64,000 nucleotides of DNA. Source: Parasitella parasitica NRRL 2501 (taxonomy: Eukaryota > Fungi > Mucoromycota). A program made the position numbers and the translations under genes. Below the pieces are notes generated by a model. That model was given only the letters and a program-made list of their open reading frames with translations. It was not told the origin of the DNA and did no database searches. The stretch lies in NCBI GenBank assembly GCA_025201805.1, contig MU619291.1, forward strand, positions 64,451 through 128,450. Reading direction: 5' to 3'. Below, piece after piece: positions 27,742 through 38,370 of this stretch; within the stretch, counting starts at the first letter, position 1, and every line of letters starts with the position of its first letter.

Positions 27742-28812
27742 TTAAAAGTCGGCATCAAGTGTGAAGCTTCGGTCCTCTGTTGCATTCATAACACCAGCAC
27801 GTTGGTAATCAGAAACACGCTTTTCAAAGAAATTCGTCTTTCCTTGTAGGGAAATCAAATCCATGAAATCAAAGGGATTAGAAACATTATAGTGCTTGGG
27901 GAAACCAAGAGAAACCATCAGACGATCAGCGACAAATTCGACATATTGACACATCAATTCATCATTCATGCCAATCAGCCTGACAGGCAATGCTTCTTTG
28001 AAGAAGCTCTGCTCGATTTCGACGGCCTCAGTCAAAATCTGGAGAACAGTTTCATGGGAAGGTTGATTGATCATGTGGTGGAATAAGAGACAGCCGAAAT
28101 CAGCATGAAGACCTTCGTCACGAGTAATGAACTCGTTGGAAAGAGTCAATCCAGGCATCAAACCACGTTTTTTGAGCCAGAAAATAGAGGCGAACGAGCC
28201 TGAAAAAAAGACGCCTTCAATAATAGCAAAAGCACAGATACGAACGGCAAAAGGCTGTTTTGACTCGTTGGCGATCCATTTAAAAGCCCAATCAGCCTTG
28301 GTCTTGATTTGAGGAATGTTCTCTATGGCATTGAACAGGAATTCTTTTTCAACGGGATCCTTGATGTAGGTATCGATCAAAAGAGAGTACATTTCAGAAT
28401 GAATGTTCTCAATCATGATCTGAAAACCATAAAAGCATTTGGCCTCGCCAATCTTAACTTCATCGCAGAAGTTTGCTACTAAGTTTTCATTGACAATGCC
28501 ATCCGAAGTAGCAAAGAAAGCTAATACACGGCCTATAAAGAACCGCTCATCCTTGTTTAGCTTTTCTTCCCAGTCAATTACATCCTTGGATAAATCAACC
28601 TCCTCTACTGTCCAGAAAGAAGCTTCCGCCTTTTTGTAAAATTCCCATATTTCATGGTATTTGAGAGGGAAAAGGCAGAATCGGCGAGGGTTTTCCTTGA
28701 GTATAATTTCTTCTCCAGGTTCGACGTCTACCTTCATTTCGGTCAAGCGTTTCAAGATGGTTTGTCTTAATCCTTGCGCAGCAAGTTCTGATTTGGCATC
28801 AAATACAGTCAT
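27742..28812 (-). CDS. RNR2: Ribonucleotide reductase small subunit, copy B (intronless)
   Basis: Single 356-aa ORF with all diiron ligands, the radical Tyr and C-terminal FTLDADF. Confidence 0.97.
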   Translation of the reverse strand: MTVFDAKSELAAQGLRQTILKRLTEMKVDVEPGEEIILKENPRRFCLFPLKYHEIWEFYKKAEASFWTVEEVDLSKDVIDWEEKLNKDERFFIGRVLAFFATSDGIVNENLVANFCDEVKIGEAKCFYGFQIMIENIHSEMYSLLIDTYIKDPVEKEFLFNAIENIPQIKTKADWAFKWIANESKQPFAVRICAFAIIEGVFFSGSFASIFWLKKRGLMPGLTLSNEFITRDEGLHADFGCLLFHHMINQPSHETVLQILTEAVEIEQSFFKEALPVRLIGMNDELMCQYVEFVADRLMVSLGFPKHYNVSNPFDFMDLISLQGKTNFFEKRVSDYQRAGVMNATEDRSFTLDADF

Positions 28813-29252
28813 TTTTTTTTTATCAAAGTTAGTTGTGAGAAAAGACTAAAAATTGCTCATGTTTGAATTTGAGCATTTATACATATTGGCGGTAGGTTTC
28901 ATGCGTTAAATCCACGAAATAAATGATTGAATGCTAGAGATAAACCAATCAAGCAGTGAACGAAAAAGTATCCGCTCTAAAAAACACGCGGTTGATAACT
29001 GACATCCTTTGCAATTTTGCTCATTTAGCAGTTTTATGGGCAAATGCATTATTGAGATTCTGCAAATTTGTAATTGTCAGAGTAATTCACAGTTGCTGCT
29101 CATGCTGGGATTCCCTCTCGTATATAAAATTTAGTGACACAAATATGGGTTTTCAAGCTCAAATATGGATCGAAATGATCGAGATTCAAAGAGAAACTTA
29201 ATTTTCGTTCTTTTTTTCCTGTTGGCGCGTGATTACATTAGCAAGAAAAAAA

Positions 29253-30147
29253 ATGTCTGAAAACAAGTTTGTAGCGCAGTTCACAGTGACAGAAGCAGTT
29301 GCAGTACAGCAATTAAAAGATGCCTTACCCAATATTTTAACTGAAGCGTTTGGCACAAACGATGTGTATACCTTGTGGGGTGTACCGCTCGATAAGAGTT
29401 CCGATGATGAGCGCATCAAAGTAGTCTTGATAAAATTCTTAAGAGCGAGGTAAGAACAGCTGCCTCTTATGTAGCATTCTGTCTGACGAGGGCAATAGAG
29501 ATATGGAGATACCTGCTGCCAAAGACATGCTGGTCAATCTGTTGAAATGGAGAAAAGAATTCGCAGCCGACACTGTACTTGACGAGACATTTGATACTAG
29601 TATATTTGATGATAGTGTTGGGTTCTTGTACAAAACAGATAAAGAAGGTCGACCTGTCACATACAACTTTTACGGTGGCCTTGATCAGGACAAAGTGTTT
29701 AAAAATGTCACTACATTTATTCGTTGGAGAGTTCAGCTGATGGAACAAGGTGTGAAGCAAGTTGATTTTGTTAATACAGACGCCATGGTCCAAGTACATG
29801 ATTACCAAGGCGCATCTATCTGGGGCCGTACAGCAAATACCAAAGAAGCTACTAATTTGTTAATCAAATTGATGCAAGACAATTATCCTGAGTTTTTGTC
29901 GAGTAAGCTGTTTGTAAATGTGCCTAAATGGGGCTCCATGATTTTCAAATTGCTTCGCCCGTTATTGCCAGAGGCAACTTTAAAGAAATTTGTCATTTGC
30001 TCAAGGTAAAAGCACACAAGTTCATGATAAATGCGACTGACAGTTCATATATTCATTATGGTTAGTGATGAATTGAGCTCTACTTTACTTGCTCATATCA
30101 ACAAGCAAGATTTACCACCTATTTACGCTAATGCCATCCACAAATAA
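29253..30147 (+). CDS. SFH5: CRAL-TRIO/Sec14-family phosphatidylinositol transfer protein (Sfh5/patellin-like), 3 exons
   Basis: LWGVPL, LIKFLRAR, GRPVTYNFYG, FIRWRVQLME, QVHDY, QDNYPEFL, FVNVP. Confidence 0.85.
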
Positions 30148-30178
30148 AGCCTTTTTCCACTTTATTACTAATTCAAAT

Positions 30179-31421
30179 CTAATATCTTTCCGTAATGACA
30201 AAGTCAGTCTTTTGCTTGCCTACAAGTTTCAAGAATTCAGGAGTGCAGCTCCACCAGTTCTCATCTAGTTAGGTGGTCAGTCAAATACACATGCCAATGT
30301 AATACGAAATAACATACCCATGCTGTCTTTTGGGTCACAACTGCACTTTTCTGCTGCAAGCCATCCAGGTTCACTAGGGCAATTCTTGAAGGGATTATGG
30401 AAATAACCCATATCGTAAAAGAAATGCACTTCTGATTTCTTCAACATCAAAGCAGCAGCAATACTGTGCACAGGAGCATCACCCCACCTTTCATAAAAGA
30501 ATCCGCCAGCTTTATCCAAAAAATTAAAGTAATCCAAATAAGCCTGCGACCTCAGGAATGCCAAGGAAGCGATTTCAAAGTTACTCCAAAAGTGACATAG
30601 ATTATACGTATTTCCACCATCATTGGTAACCCAACTCATCAAACTTTCGGAATCGTTGGCAGGTATAATGTGCTGAGGATATTTGGCCATGAATTGTTTA
30701 GTTGTCTCCCATAATGTTGGAATCGTATTTTCATATTCGTGCAAAGAAATGGCAAAACCGTATTTCAAATTCTTCTCTCTCATCACTTTAAACGGATCAT
30801 AGTCGATATCACATGTAAATTTGACATCGGGTTCTACACGCCAATAATAATCAAATTGGTCCATTAAAGGGTGTCTGAAGAAGAACCCACTTTGAAACCT
30901 ACCAAAACCACATTAGTACAGTTTTACAAGGTCGGCTTAAATCAGACATACCGGCACATGTGGCGATAGGACTCAAGACCACCGTAAATAACCTCTGCTG
31001 CTTGCATAGCGTCTCTCGATTCCTTTGCCTTTTGCTGATCTATCCACTCTGGATATTCCCACATTTCTTGCGCTAATTCACCGTAATAGGTCTTACCAGA
31101 GGCCAAACCCGTTGTCCATTCCTTGAATTTATCGTCAAATGGTTCATTGTTCAGAAAGACCCAAGGGTAGTTGAATTTTTTGTTGAATCTATCTTCCATC
31201 ATTTGCATAGACTCTCGAAGACCATTCAAATCTGAATTGCGGGCTAATACAACAAAAGCAGCATTTTCTCGTTGACTGGAGTTTTTACCTTGGCTTTTGT
31301 AATCATATTTATAGGGAGGATACCTGTTTTGATTATTGTAATACCCGTAGTATATCATTAGCAGAACACAGAATGGTAGCAATATCAGTAGACCTATCCG
31401 TCCATATCTTGCAGTAATCAT
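30179..31421 (-). CDS. KRE2/MNT1 family (GT15) alpha-1,2-mannosyltransferase, 3 exons
   Basis: N-terminal TM, ENAAFVVLARN, YPWVFLN, SYRHMCR, YYWRVEPDV, CHFWSNFEI, YERWGDAPVHS. Confidence 0.95.
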
Positions 31422-31614
31422 TTTTTGTAAAGAAAAGAAAAAAAGAAGAGAGAGAGAGAGAAAAACTAAAAATATCCATTCTCAATCTAATAAATTAGGG
31501 TCTCTTTTTACATTATCTCTACTGAAACGAATTAAAATTCAGATATGTATACATTAACGCATTAAGAGATGAATAGTAGATCTACTACCTGGAATAATAT
31601 GTTACGGCGTTATC

Positions 31615-31960
31615 ACTTTTTAACAAGGCCTGTCGAGACCAAAAGTGAGATTAACATCATATTTTTAGCTGCGTTAACACCTCATTGCCAAATTACAAGA
31701 CACGATGTCCTAAAAAAGTACACTTTGGGCTTTGACATTTGGATCAGGGTCTTGGTGGTACGTCGATTACAAATTCTGGATGTCATAAATTTGTTAATCG
31801 GTACGACTAGAAGGTCACCAGCATCTTCTCTTTTCTTCAAGCAGTGCCACATTATCCCGGCGACGCCATGCGGGTTCAACAAAGGATGTCCCCATCGTAG
31901 GAGGCAATTGTGACATGGCTAGTAGAAGGTATAGTATTTTGAGCGTCGGTTGTCATTATT
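31615..31960 (-). pseudogene. Degenerate Fanzor (TnpB-like) C-terminal fragment, family 1
   Basis: GDLLVVPINKFMTSRICNR (decayed RuvC-II IDEFxTS+CxxC) and C..IWQ*GVNAAKNMMLI (decayed RuvC-III WQRDVNAAKN); catalytic residues mutated, frameshifted. Confidence 0.8.
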
Positions 31961-32374
31961 GAAGTAAGTCGAGCTTTAATAAGACAAGCAGATTCACAAA
32001 ATTGTGTTAGTGGCTCACTGAAGAGAAGAAAGGCGGTGCTTTGGTGAGAGAGCAACAAGGATTTTCGATGGATGAGGAGCCGGAGGACATACACTCATTC
32101 CAAAAAGTGGCTAAACACACTAAACTGCTGGCAAGTTGTTGGTTTCAAAGGTTCAGAATACTCTAAGGTAAATTTGGCCCAGAGACGTAGTCTTTGAAAT
32201 TTATTCAATAAACACAAGCAATAGAAAAAAAAAAAAAAAGTATGGCTTTACTCAGTAATATCTCAATTATAATAATATTTAAATAGATTTTCATCTGAAA
32301 GTCATTAAAGTGAGAAAACGACGGATTAATATATGTAATTTTTTGAGATAAAGTAATTTTTTTTAAAGCGTACG

Positions 32375-33780
32375 CTATCGAGAATAAGCAGGTGGTGGCA
32401 ATTCTGCTGCTTCCGTTTGCTCGCCCGTGTAGGAAGGCAAATTCATCGCGTTGCAGCTGATAGCATCGTTGGGTATATCTTGCTGATGCACACAATGGCT
32501 AGTATTGCTACTGCTACTACTATCACTGGCTGTGCTAGAGTTATCGCTGTGTTGTTCGTATTCTGGTAATATGCCATGATCTGATGCAGAGGTTATTTCC
32601 AAAACATCATCCACAGTTACTCTGCCACTGACTTCTGACGCGACCGCTGCGATAGCTGCTCTAGATCCCATTCGCAATCTACTAATCTCAACATCTAAAT
32701 TTTCATTCACCAAGCAACCATTTGTACGCAAATAAACTTCTAGTGTGATAATCTGATGATCAATCCATTCAATCAGTCTTTGTTCGTAGTGATACTTTGT
32801 GGTTGATAGCTGATTTTCAAAACCGTGCAGTCGAGGATTCACTTGTGTACGCAAAGTATATTCAATCTTGAGCCGATAGCCTCTATAGTTTGTCAGAATA
32901 AACACCACATTTGTTTCGCCCTTTTGAACGCTACTGATTGGTATGTTTGGCACATCATCACAAATAGCATGTGCTTCTTGCACCAATTGATAAGATTGCT
33001 GAGCTATTTTTTCAGCATTTTTAACAGGATCGCCCACAGTGGAAGATATGGCTACAGCTGATTTTCCAAAGATACTGTTGCTATGGTTATTGTTTTGACT
33101 AGCTACAATCGCTTGACGATCCATAAATGTAGATGCGCCAGGAAGTGATTTCATGGCAGTTTCAATGAGTTCTCTTGCTTGATATAGCTTTGTCTGTGCT
33201 AGCGTATATGTTTTTATACTCTGTTTAATATTAGGTATATCACTGGCTAATTGCTCCACATCCTTCTTTAAATGCTGCTCAAATATAAACGACGAGTCCT
33301 CAGGGTCAGGAATAATAACTTGGTCATATAATTGGTGCAGTTGGGCGCATAAATTGTCTAATTTCTGTTTTTCGCCATTCAAGTCGTCCATCACTACTTC
33401 TGCTTGATCAATCTGGGATTGTATTTGTTGAACAGCATTCTCATAAAACTTCACAGACTCTATAATGTTGCTAAAGGATTTGGGAGGGCTGTTGGTTTGA
33501 TGGCCAAACAAAGAGCGTTTTGATGTTGAGCTACTATGATCCTTTTCCATCTGGTAGCTAACTCTATATAGTATTTCAAAAATATTAAAAATAAAAGAAA
33601 AAACATCAGAATCATGCCTTACAGCTCTTTCTCGGAAAACGTCTTTAAATGCATCTGTTTTTCCAGTTTCTTTTTCAAACCTTCGTAATACTTTGAGTGG
33701 GAGGGCAACGATTCTCTAACCCACTGCAGCTGAGTGATATCTTTGACCAGCTGAATATAGCGCGCTTGAATTTCAGCCAT
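32375..33780 (-). CDS. Hypothetical coiled-coil protein with C-terminal PY motifs, 2 exons
   Basis: Exon 33619-33780 plus a 391-codon ORF; helical/coiled-coil composition; LPEY, LPSY and PPPAY near the C-terminus. Confidence 0.8.
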
Positions 33781-33990
33781 TTTCCAATTTGCGTATGAGT
33801 GTGTGTGAAGAAACAGACATAAAAAGGGAAAACTACGAAAAATCACTTCGAAACTCTTTATAATCAGAAAAAAACAGTTAACCCAATCAGGTTATCTTTT
33901 TTTTCCCTCCTTTTTGAATGTGTATTCTGAAATGTATAAATACCACAGCAGGGCGAAAAACTAAACATCTTGTCTTCCCTTGCTTTTCCA

Positions 33991-34155
33991 ATGTTGCTAT
34001 TGAAATCATTGATTTTTATTGCTTTATCCTACATTACTTTCGTTCAAAATGCAAACCTTCCTGAACATGCAGAATTGGGTCTCGATGCATTGAGTGTAAC
34101 AAAAGATCGTGTCCATGATATAATTGAAAAAATACCGGCAATCCATCATAAATAA
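33991..34155 (+). CDS. Candidate 54-aa small secreted protein
   Basis: MLLLKSLIFIALSYITFVQNA signal-like N-terminus; TATAAATA at 33935; AATAAA at 34171. Confidence 0.5.
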   Translation: MLLLKSLIFIALSYITFVQNANLPEHAELGLDALSVTKDRVHDIIEKIPAIHHK

Positions 34156-34233
34156 TATGTTTTCTCGAGAAATAAAACTTTATATGATATTTTATCCGTA
34201 TTTATAATCTATAGTCCTTTCTTTTCTCTTTTT

Positions 34234-34253
34234 NNNNNNNNNNNNNNNNNNNN
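34234..34253. other. Assembly gap (N run)
   Basis: Run of Ns between T-rich flanks. Confidence 0.99.
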
Positions 34254-34709
34254 TTTTTAAACCAGGAATGGTTTCATGTAGTAGTATGCATTGCAAGCAT
34301 ATGATGATGCAAAAAGTAAACAGCTTTTTTCATGTTTTGCTTTGGATTGTTGCTAAAAAATCTGCAATATTATCTTTGGTTTCGCATAAATTAAAGGTTA
34401 TATAGCTTTTTATATATCGACAGGGCTGGATGTATGCTAATGTATTCATTTTGATGTTGTTTGAATGTGAGCCGTGCTGCTTATGTGCCTTGGAAATAGA
34501 AATGATGGATAAAAGTGTGCACCAAAGATTGTGTAGCTTAATTAAATCAGATCTTCCTTGAACGAATGACCAAATCTATTGTATTGAGTGGTAATGTTAT
34601 TCCATTCCTCAGCAGAAGAGCTATCAAGGATATCGTCAACAATACCAACTCAACCAGAGAATCCAGCGCACATGCGCTTTCTTTCTGCATCGACATTGAC
34701 TTGGCTTTG

Positions 34710-34736
34710 TTAGAGCATCTCCAACGGAGATGCTAA
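34710..34736 (+). mobile_element. PIF/Harbinger-type terminal repeat (TTA + GAGCATCTCCAA) at the 3' end of the Fanzor element
   Basis: TTA|GAGCATCTCCAACGGAGATGCTAA; resembles Tourist/PIF termini and folds as a 9-bp hairpin. Confidence 0.65.
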
Positions 34737-34883
34737 TTTTACAAAATTTCCAAAAGAAAATTGGTGAGGAGATGATACTTTCTTTTTTTTTGGACAATTT
34801 TATTCACTTGTAATGGTGTATAGGATAAACCGAATACCCATGGCGTATCAAAGAGTAATATCAATGACATACAATGCTTGCAA

Positions 34884-36060
34884 TTATTCTTTTGATTCAG
34901 AACGCTGGAATGGTGAAAGACGATTGTCATTGTTTCTTGCTGCATGTAAAAATATGTTGAGGATGTTTTTTGCAGCCATTATATCGCGATTCCAAATAAT
35001 ATTATACAAGCGGTTTCTTGACACTGTAATACAGAATATACTCTTCGCTTTGCTGATCGTTGCACAACGTTTTCAACATTTCTTTTTTTGCAGTTGTTGC
35101 AGACTTGACTGGTGAGGTATTCGTCTACTATTTGGACTGTAACACCACGATTTTCTTTACATTTTTGAAGAGCTTTTATGATAGTCTTTGTAGGTCCAGA
35201 TCTTTTGCCTCTCATGGTAGGTGAAAATCTTCCATCTCCATAGGCAATGATGGTTTTATTTGCCTTAACTGATCCATCAAGTGGTGGAGGGCGGGAGTAA
35301 GAATTGTTGTTTCTCGTTGTTGTCTTCACATTGGTGGACGCACCCGAACGATATTTGATGCTATCATGAGTAAACACCTTGACTATTTCGCTGAAGGCTT
35401 TTTGCTTCTTTCTATAACATCTAAACTTTAATTTTGAAGACCTATTCCATTTAGCTAACACATTTTTAAAATATGTACAAGAGTTTGCTACACTTACCAA
35501 AGGCCACTGTTATAAAATTCATACATTGTATCGTAGGATTGTATACGCTTTCTGCAAGCAATCAAGAATTTTGAAACTTCTCCGGTTTTTAATGAATCCA
35601 GTTCTGTTATCATTCTATGAGTGTTTGTGTGCTTCGCTTGATGAATCTTTCGAATGTGAGCTGCATCATTAAACCCACACAAGTGATAATACTCTTTTTG
35701 ACTAAGTGATCCCACTCTACCAGCTTGGTCAACTATAGTAAAAACCGTGCTAATTCCAGGGTCTACCGCCTACACTTGGCACCCATTGTCAATATCTGTT
35801 TTCAGGTCAGGTGGCTTTACGGGAAGAGAGTCTTTCTTCTTTTTTGCTGTAATTCTAGAGAAGAGAAAAGACACTGAATAACCATCCGTGTAGATAACAT
35901 TCCTAATATAACTTGATAAGTTCTAAGGCATTACTAAATTAAAACTATATGAACTCACTTAAAGATCTTCTTTCCATTGTAGAGCTTATCTTTGGTTTTA
36001 AATCCAATTTTAGAAAAATCAAAAAGTTTCAAACAGTTGCTCTACATTTTTAGTTCCTGT
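34884..36060 (-). pseudogene. Intron-containing Fanzor1 nuclease pseudogene, family 2
   Basis: NVIYTDGYSVSFLF; RuvC-I V*AVDPG (TAG for W); LSQKEYYHLCGF; KLKFRCYRKKQKA; IIAYGDG; RuvC-II VDEYLTSQVCNNC; C..C then frameshift to IWNRDIMAAKNIL (RuvC-III); introns GTAAGT..TAG (~35442-35497) and GTGAGT..TAG (~35903-35958). Confidence 0.92.
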
Positions 36061-36705
36061 AGTAACTAAATCTTGTGCTCTTGATTAGAACTGGCTTCAT
36101 AACGTCCATGATCCAAGTCCGTTAAATCGCATTCATCGATAAAGAAACTCACTTCTTCTCCAAGTCTAAATAAATAGCAATCCTTCTATTCAAAACATGC
36201 TCTTACTACCTACGTGCATCAATAAAATCTGCTGAGAACTGAAAAATAGTTTGTGTCTAATCAAAGAATCGATTGCTCAGTAATTATGCCAAGATGTCCG
36301 AAAGTCCAGCTTGCTGCAAAATAAAAACATATCTATCATCTTTATTTGCTTGGAATGGTTTGAAGCAAGCATTTTTATCTAGTTTTTCCTGTTTCTCCTC
36401 AATACTCAATTTGTCAAACCTCATGCCTCCTTTATCAAGCAATAAAAAATCGATCGTGATAGCTTACGGCACAATTGCTTTATACAAAAGTAGCAGAATA
36501 TTTTTACTATACAGCGTTTCGTACATTTTGAGTCTCTATCCAAACTAATCGACAATGGTAACTGTTGATTGAAACGAACTTCAGCCATCATATTGAGTGA
36601 ACTTCTTTAAGCAAAAAAGTCACAAAAATTTTTTCGTATATCATACATTTGAAAGGATGTACTTCATTGCTCTCTCTCTCTTTCATATACTGTCTATTTT
36701 TGACC

Positions 36706-37140
36706 ATGAAGTACCTCGCCTCATACCTTCTTCTCGTTGCTGGTGGTAAGACTGCCCCTACCGCTGCTGATGTCAAGGCTCTCATGGCCTCCGTTGGTGT
36801 GGAAGCCGAGGAGGAACGTTTGAATTCTTTGATCTCTGCCCTTGAGGGTAAGAACGTTGATGAGGTATGCATCTTGTTTTGATAATATGAAAAGGTACCA
36901 ACATCTAGTATTCTATAGCTCACTGCTGAAGGTTTGGAGAAAATGGCATCCGTCCCTACTGGTGGTGCTGCCGCTGCTAGTGGTGGTGCTGCCGCCGCTT
37001 CTTCTGATGCTCCTGCTGCCGAACAAGCCGCCGAAGAGAAGGAAGAATCTGACGATGTAAGTTAACATTTAAAGCATCGCTTATGTGCAATTATAATAAT
37101 ACAAATTAAACAGGATATGGGTTTCGGTCTTTTCGATTAA
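36706..37140 (+). CDS. RPP2: 60S acidic ribosomal protein P2, 3 exons
   Basis: MKYLASYLLL..SVGVE..L..LISALEGK, Ala-rich hinge, EEKEESDD/DMGFGLFD*. Confidence 0.97.
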
Positions 37141-37569
37141 ACAATTTAATTTAAACATTGATTAATCACAAATAAATCGTCTGTCTTCTAAGTCCTTGCC
37201 GCAGAAAACGATAGCAAATGCAATATACTACATTTGGAAGTGATGAAGGCGCACGATCACTCTGAATTTTCATTAGCTCATTAAAAAGAAGTGGTCCCCG
37301 ATCATTCGCAACCTCAAACGTATGAATATCATCTTATTTAAGAAAAGATCATGCAATGAAATCGGCCATCAGATTCATGCTTCAGAAGCTTAACATTGCT
37401 GTGTATTTTGTCAAACCCCAGAATATCTGGAGAAAAAAAAAGAATAATTTACAATAGCAATGATGGCCATGGCTGTCTGCAGTTTGGCTTTTTGGACAAT
37501 CACCAAATATTATATGCAGTTCTGCTTTAGTTCCAGTTGTCGGTAATCTGAGGAAAATAAATCTATATA

Positions 37570-38046
37570 GTAACGGTATATCAAGCTAAATTCCGAAAGA
37601 AGAAACAGATGATTTTGGTTACTTTCTATAAACAATTTATAAGTGGGAATGTCACTTACCCAATAGTATTAAAAGGTCAAAGTCAAAGATGCAGCGCTCG
37701 ATTAATATTAAGTTATATCCACGTTTTATATTTCTTTACTAACCTTCAAAGAGTATTGCCTCCATCGAAAGGCGAGCCCAGTATCTGTTTTCTGTACAAA
37801 AAAGATAGGGCTAAATTGTTGAATTGTATGCGCTTGGCAGTGGTGGGGTTTGGGTCGAAGCAGGGAAAAGTTACTCCAAACAAAAGGCAACCAAGACCAG
37901 CAAGACCAATTGCAAGTGCTGAGACTTGGTCGCGGCACATTGTCTTGAAGGCATTGGGGCATTCTGAATTCAAGCAAAGAAATGAACCGGCTGTTCGCTG
38001 CATTTTGCCATTGAGAGCAGCCACAGGATGAGAAAGCTTGTGGAAG
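37570..38046 (-). mobile_element. Fanzor element 3' stub, family 3 copy 1 (last ~100 codons plus 176-nt 3' end)
   Basis: GSFLCLNSECP..MCRDQVSALAIGLAGL (second zinc-finger pair plus RuvC-III RD); 477 bp with 3 mismatches versus 63506-63982. Confidence 0.85.
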
Positions 38047-38279
38047 GAAATAAAATATTTTTATTTCTAAAAATATTTTTTTTAGTCATGATACTGTGTA
38101 ACATGATTCGAGACTTAGATAACTTGAAAGAGCTATAGATTAATTTGGATGACCCGAAGTATATGAATCTTCATGTATAAATCCGTAGAAGGTTTCTTGA
38201 AAGACATACACTCTACTTGTGTTCTGTAACAGGAGTTAACAAAAACTACTACTAAATAAGTTACGAGTTACGAATTACG

Positions 38280-38370
38280 ATCTTTTTTTTAAAAATTGTT
38301 TTACTGATTGCTCCGTGTATTTAGATCCCCAGGGAATTATCAAGAGGCGGGCGCAATTGCGAATTTATGG
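38280..38370 (+). repeat. Short diverged relative of 4957-5040
   Basis: ttttttttaaa..ttgctcc..tcaagaggcgggcgcaat versus ttttttttaaa..ttgctcc..tcaagcggcgggcgcaat. Confidence 0.5.

Noticed and set aside
25832-28812. An Rnr4-like inactive or metal-variant RNR subunit
   Set aside because: Both copies retain the D, E, H, E, E, H ligands and the radical tyrosine
36060-36590. Upstream continuation of the Fanzor or a Harbinger transposase
   Set aside because: Broken frames with no diagnostic motif, and no matching second TIR seen
37609-38031. 140-aa plus-strand ORF, duplicated at 63545-63967
   Set aside because: Antisense shadow of the Fanzor 3' end; conserved only because the DNA copies are near-identical
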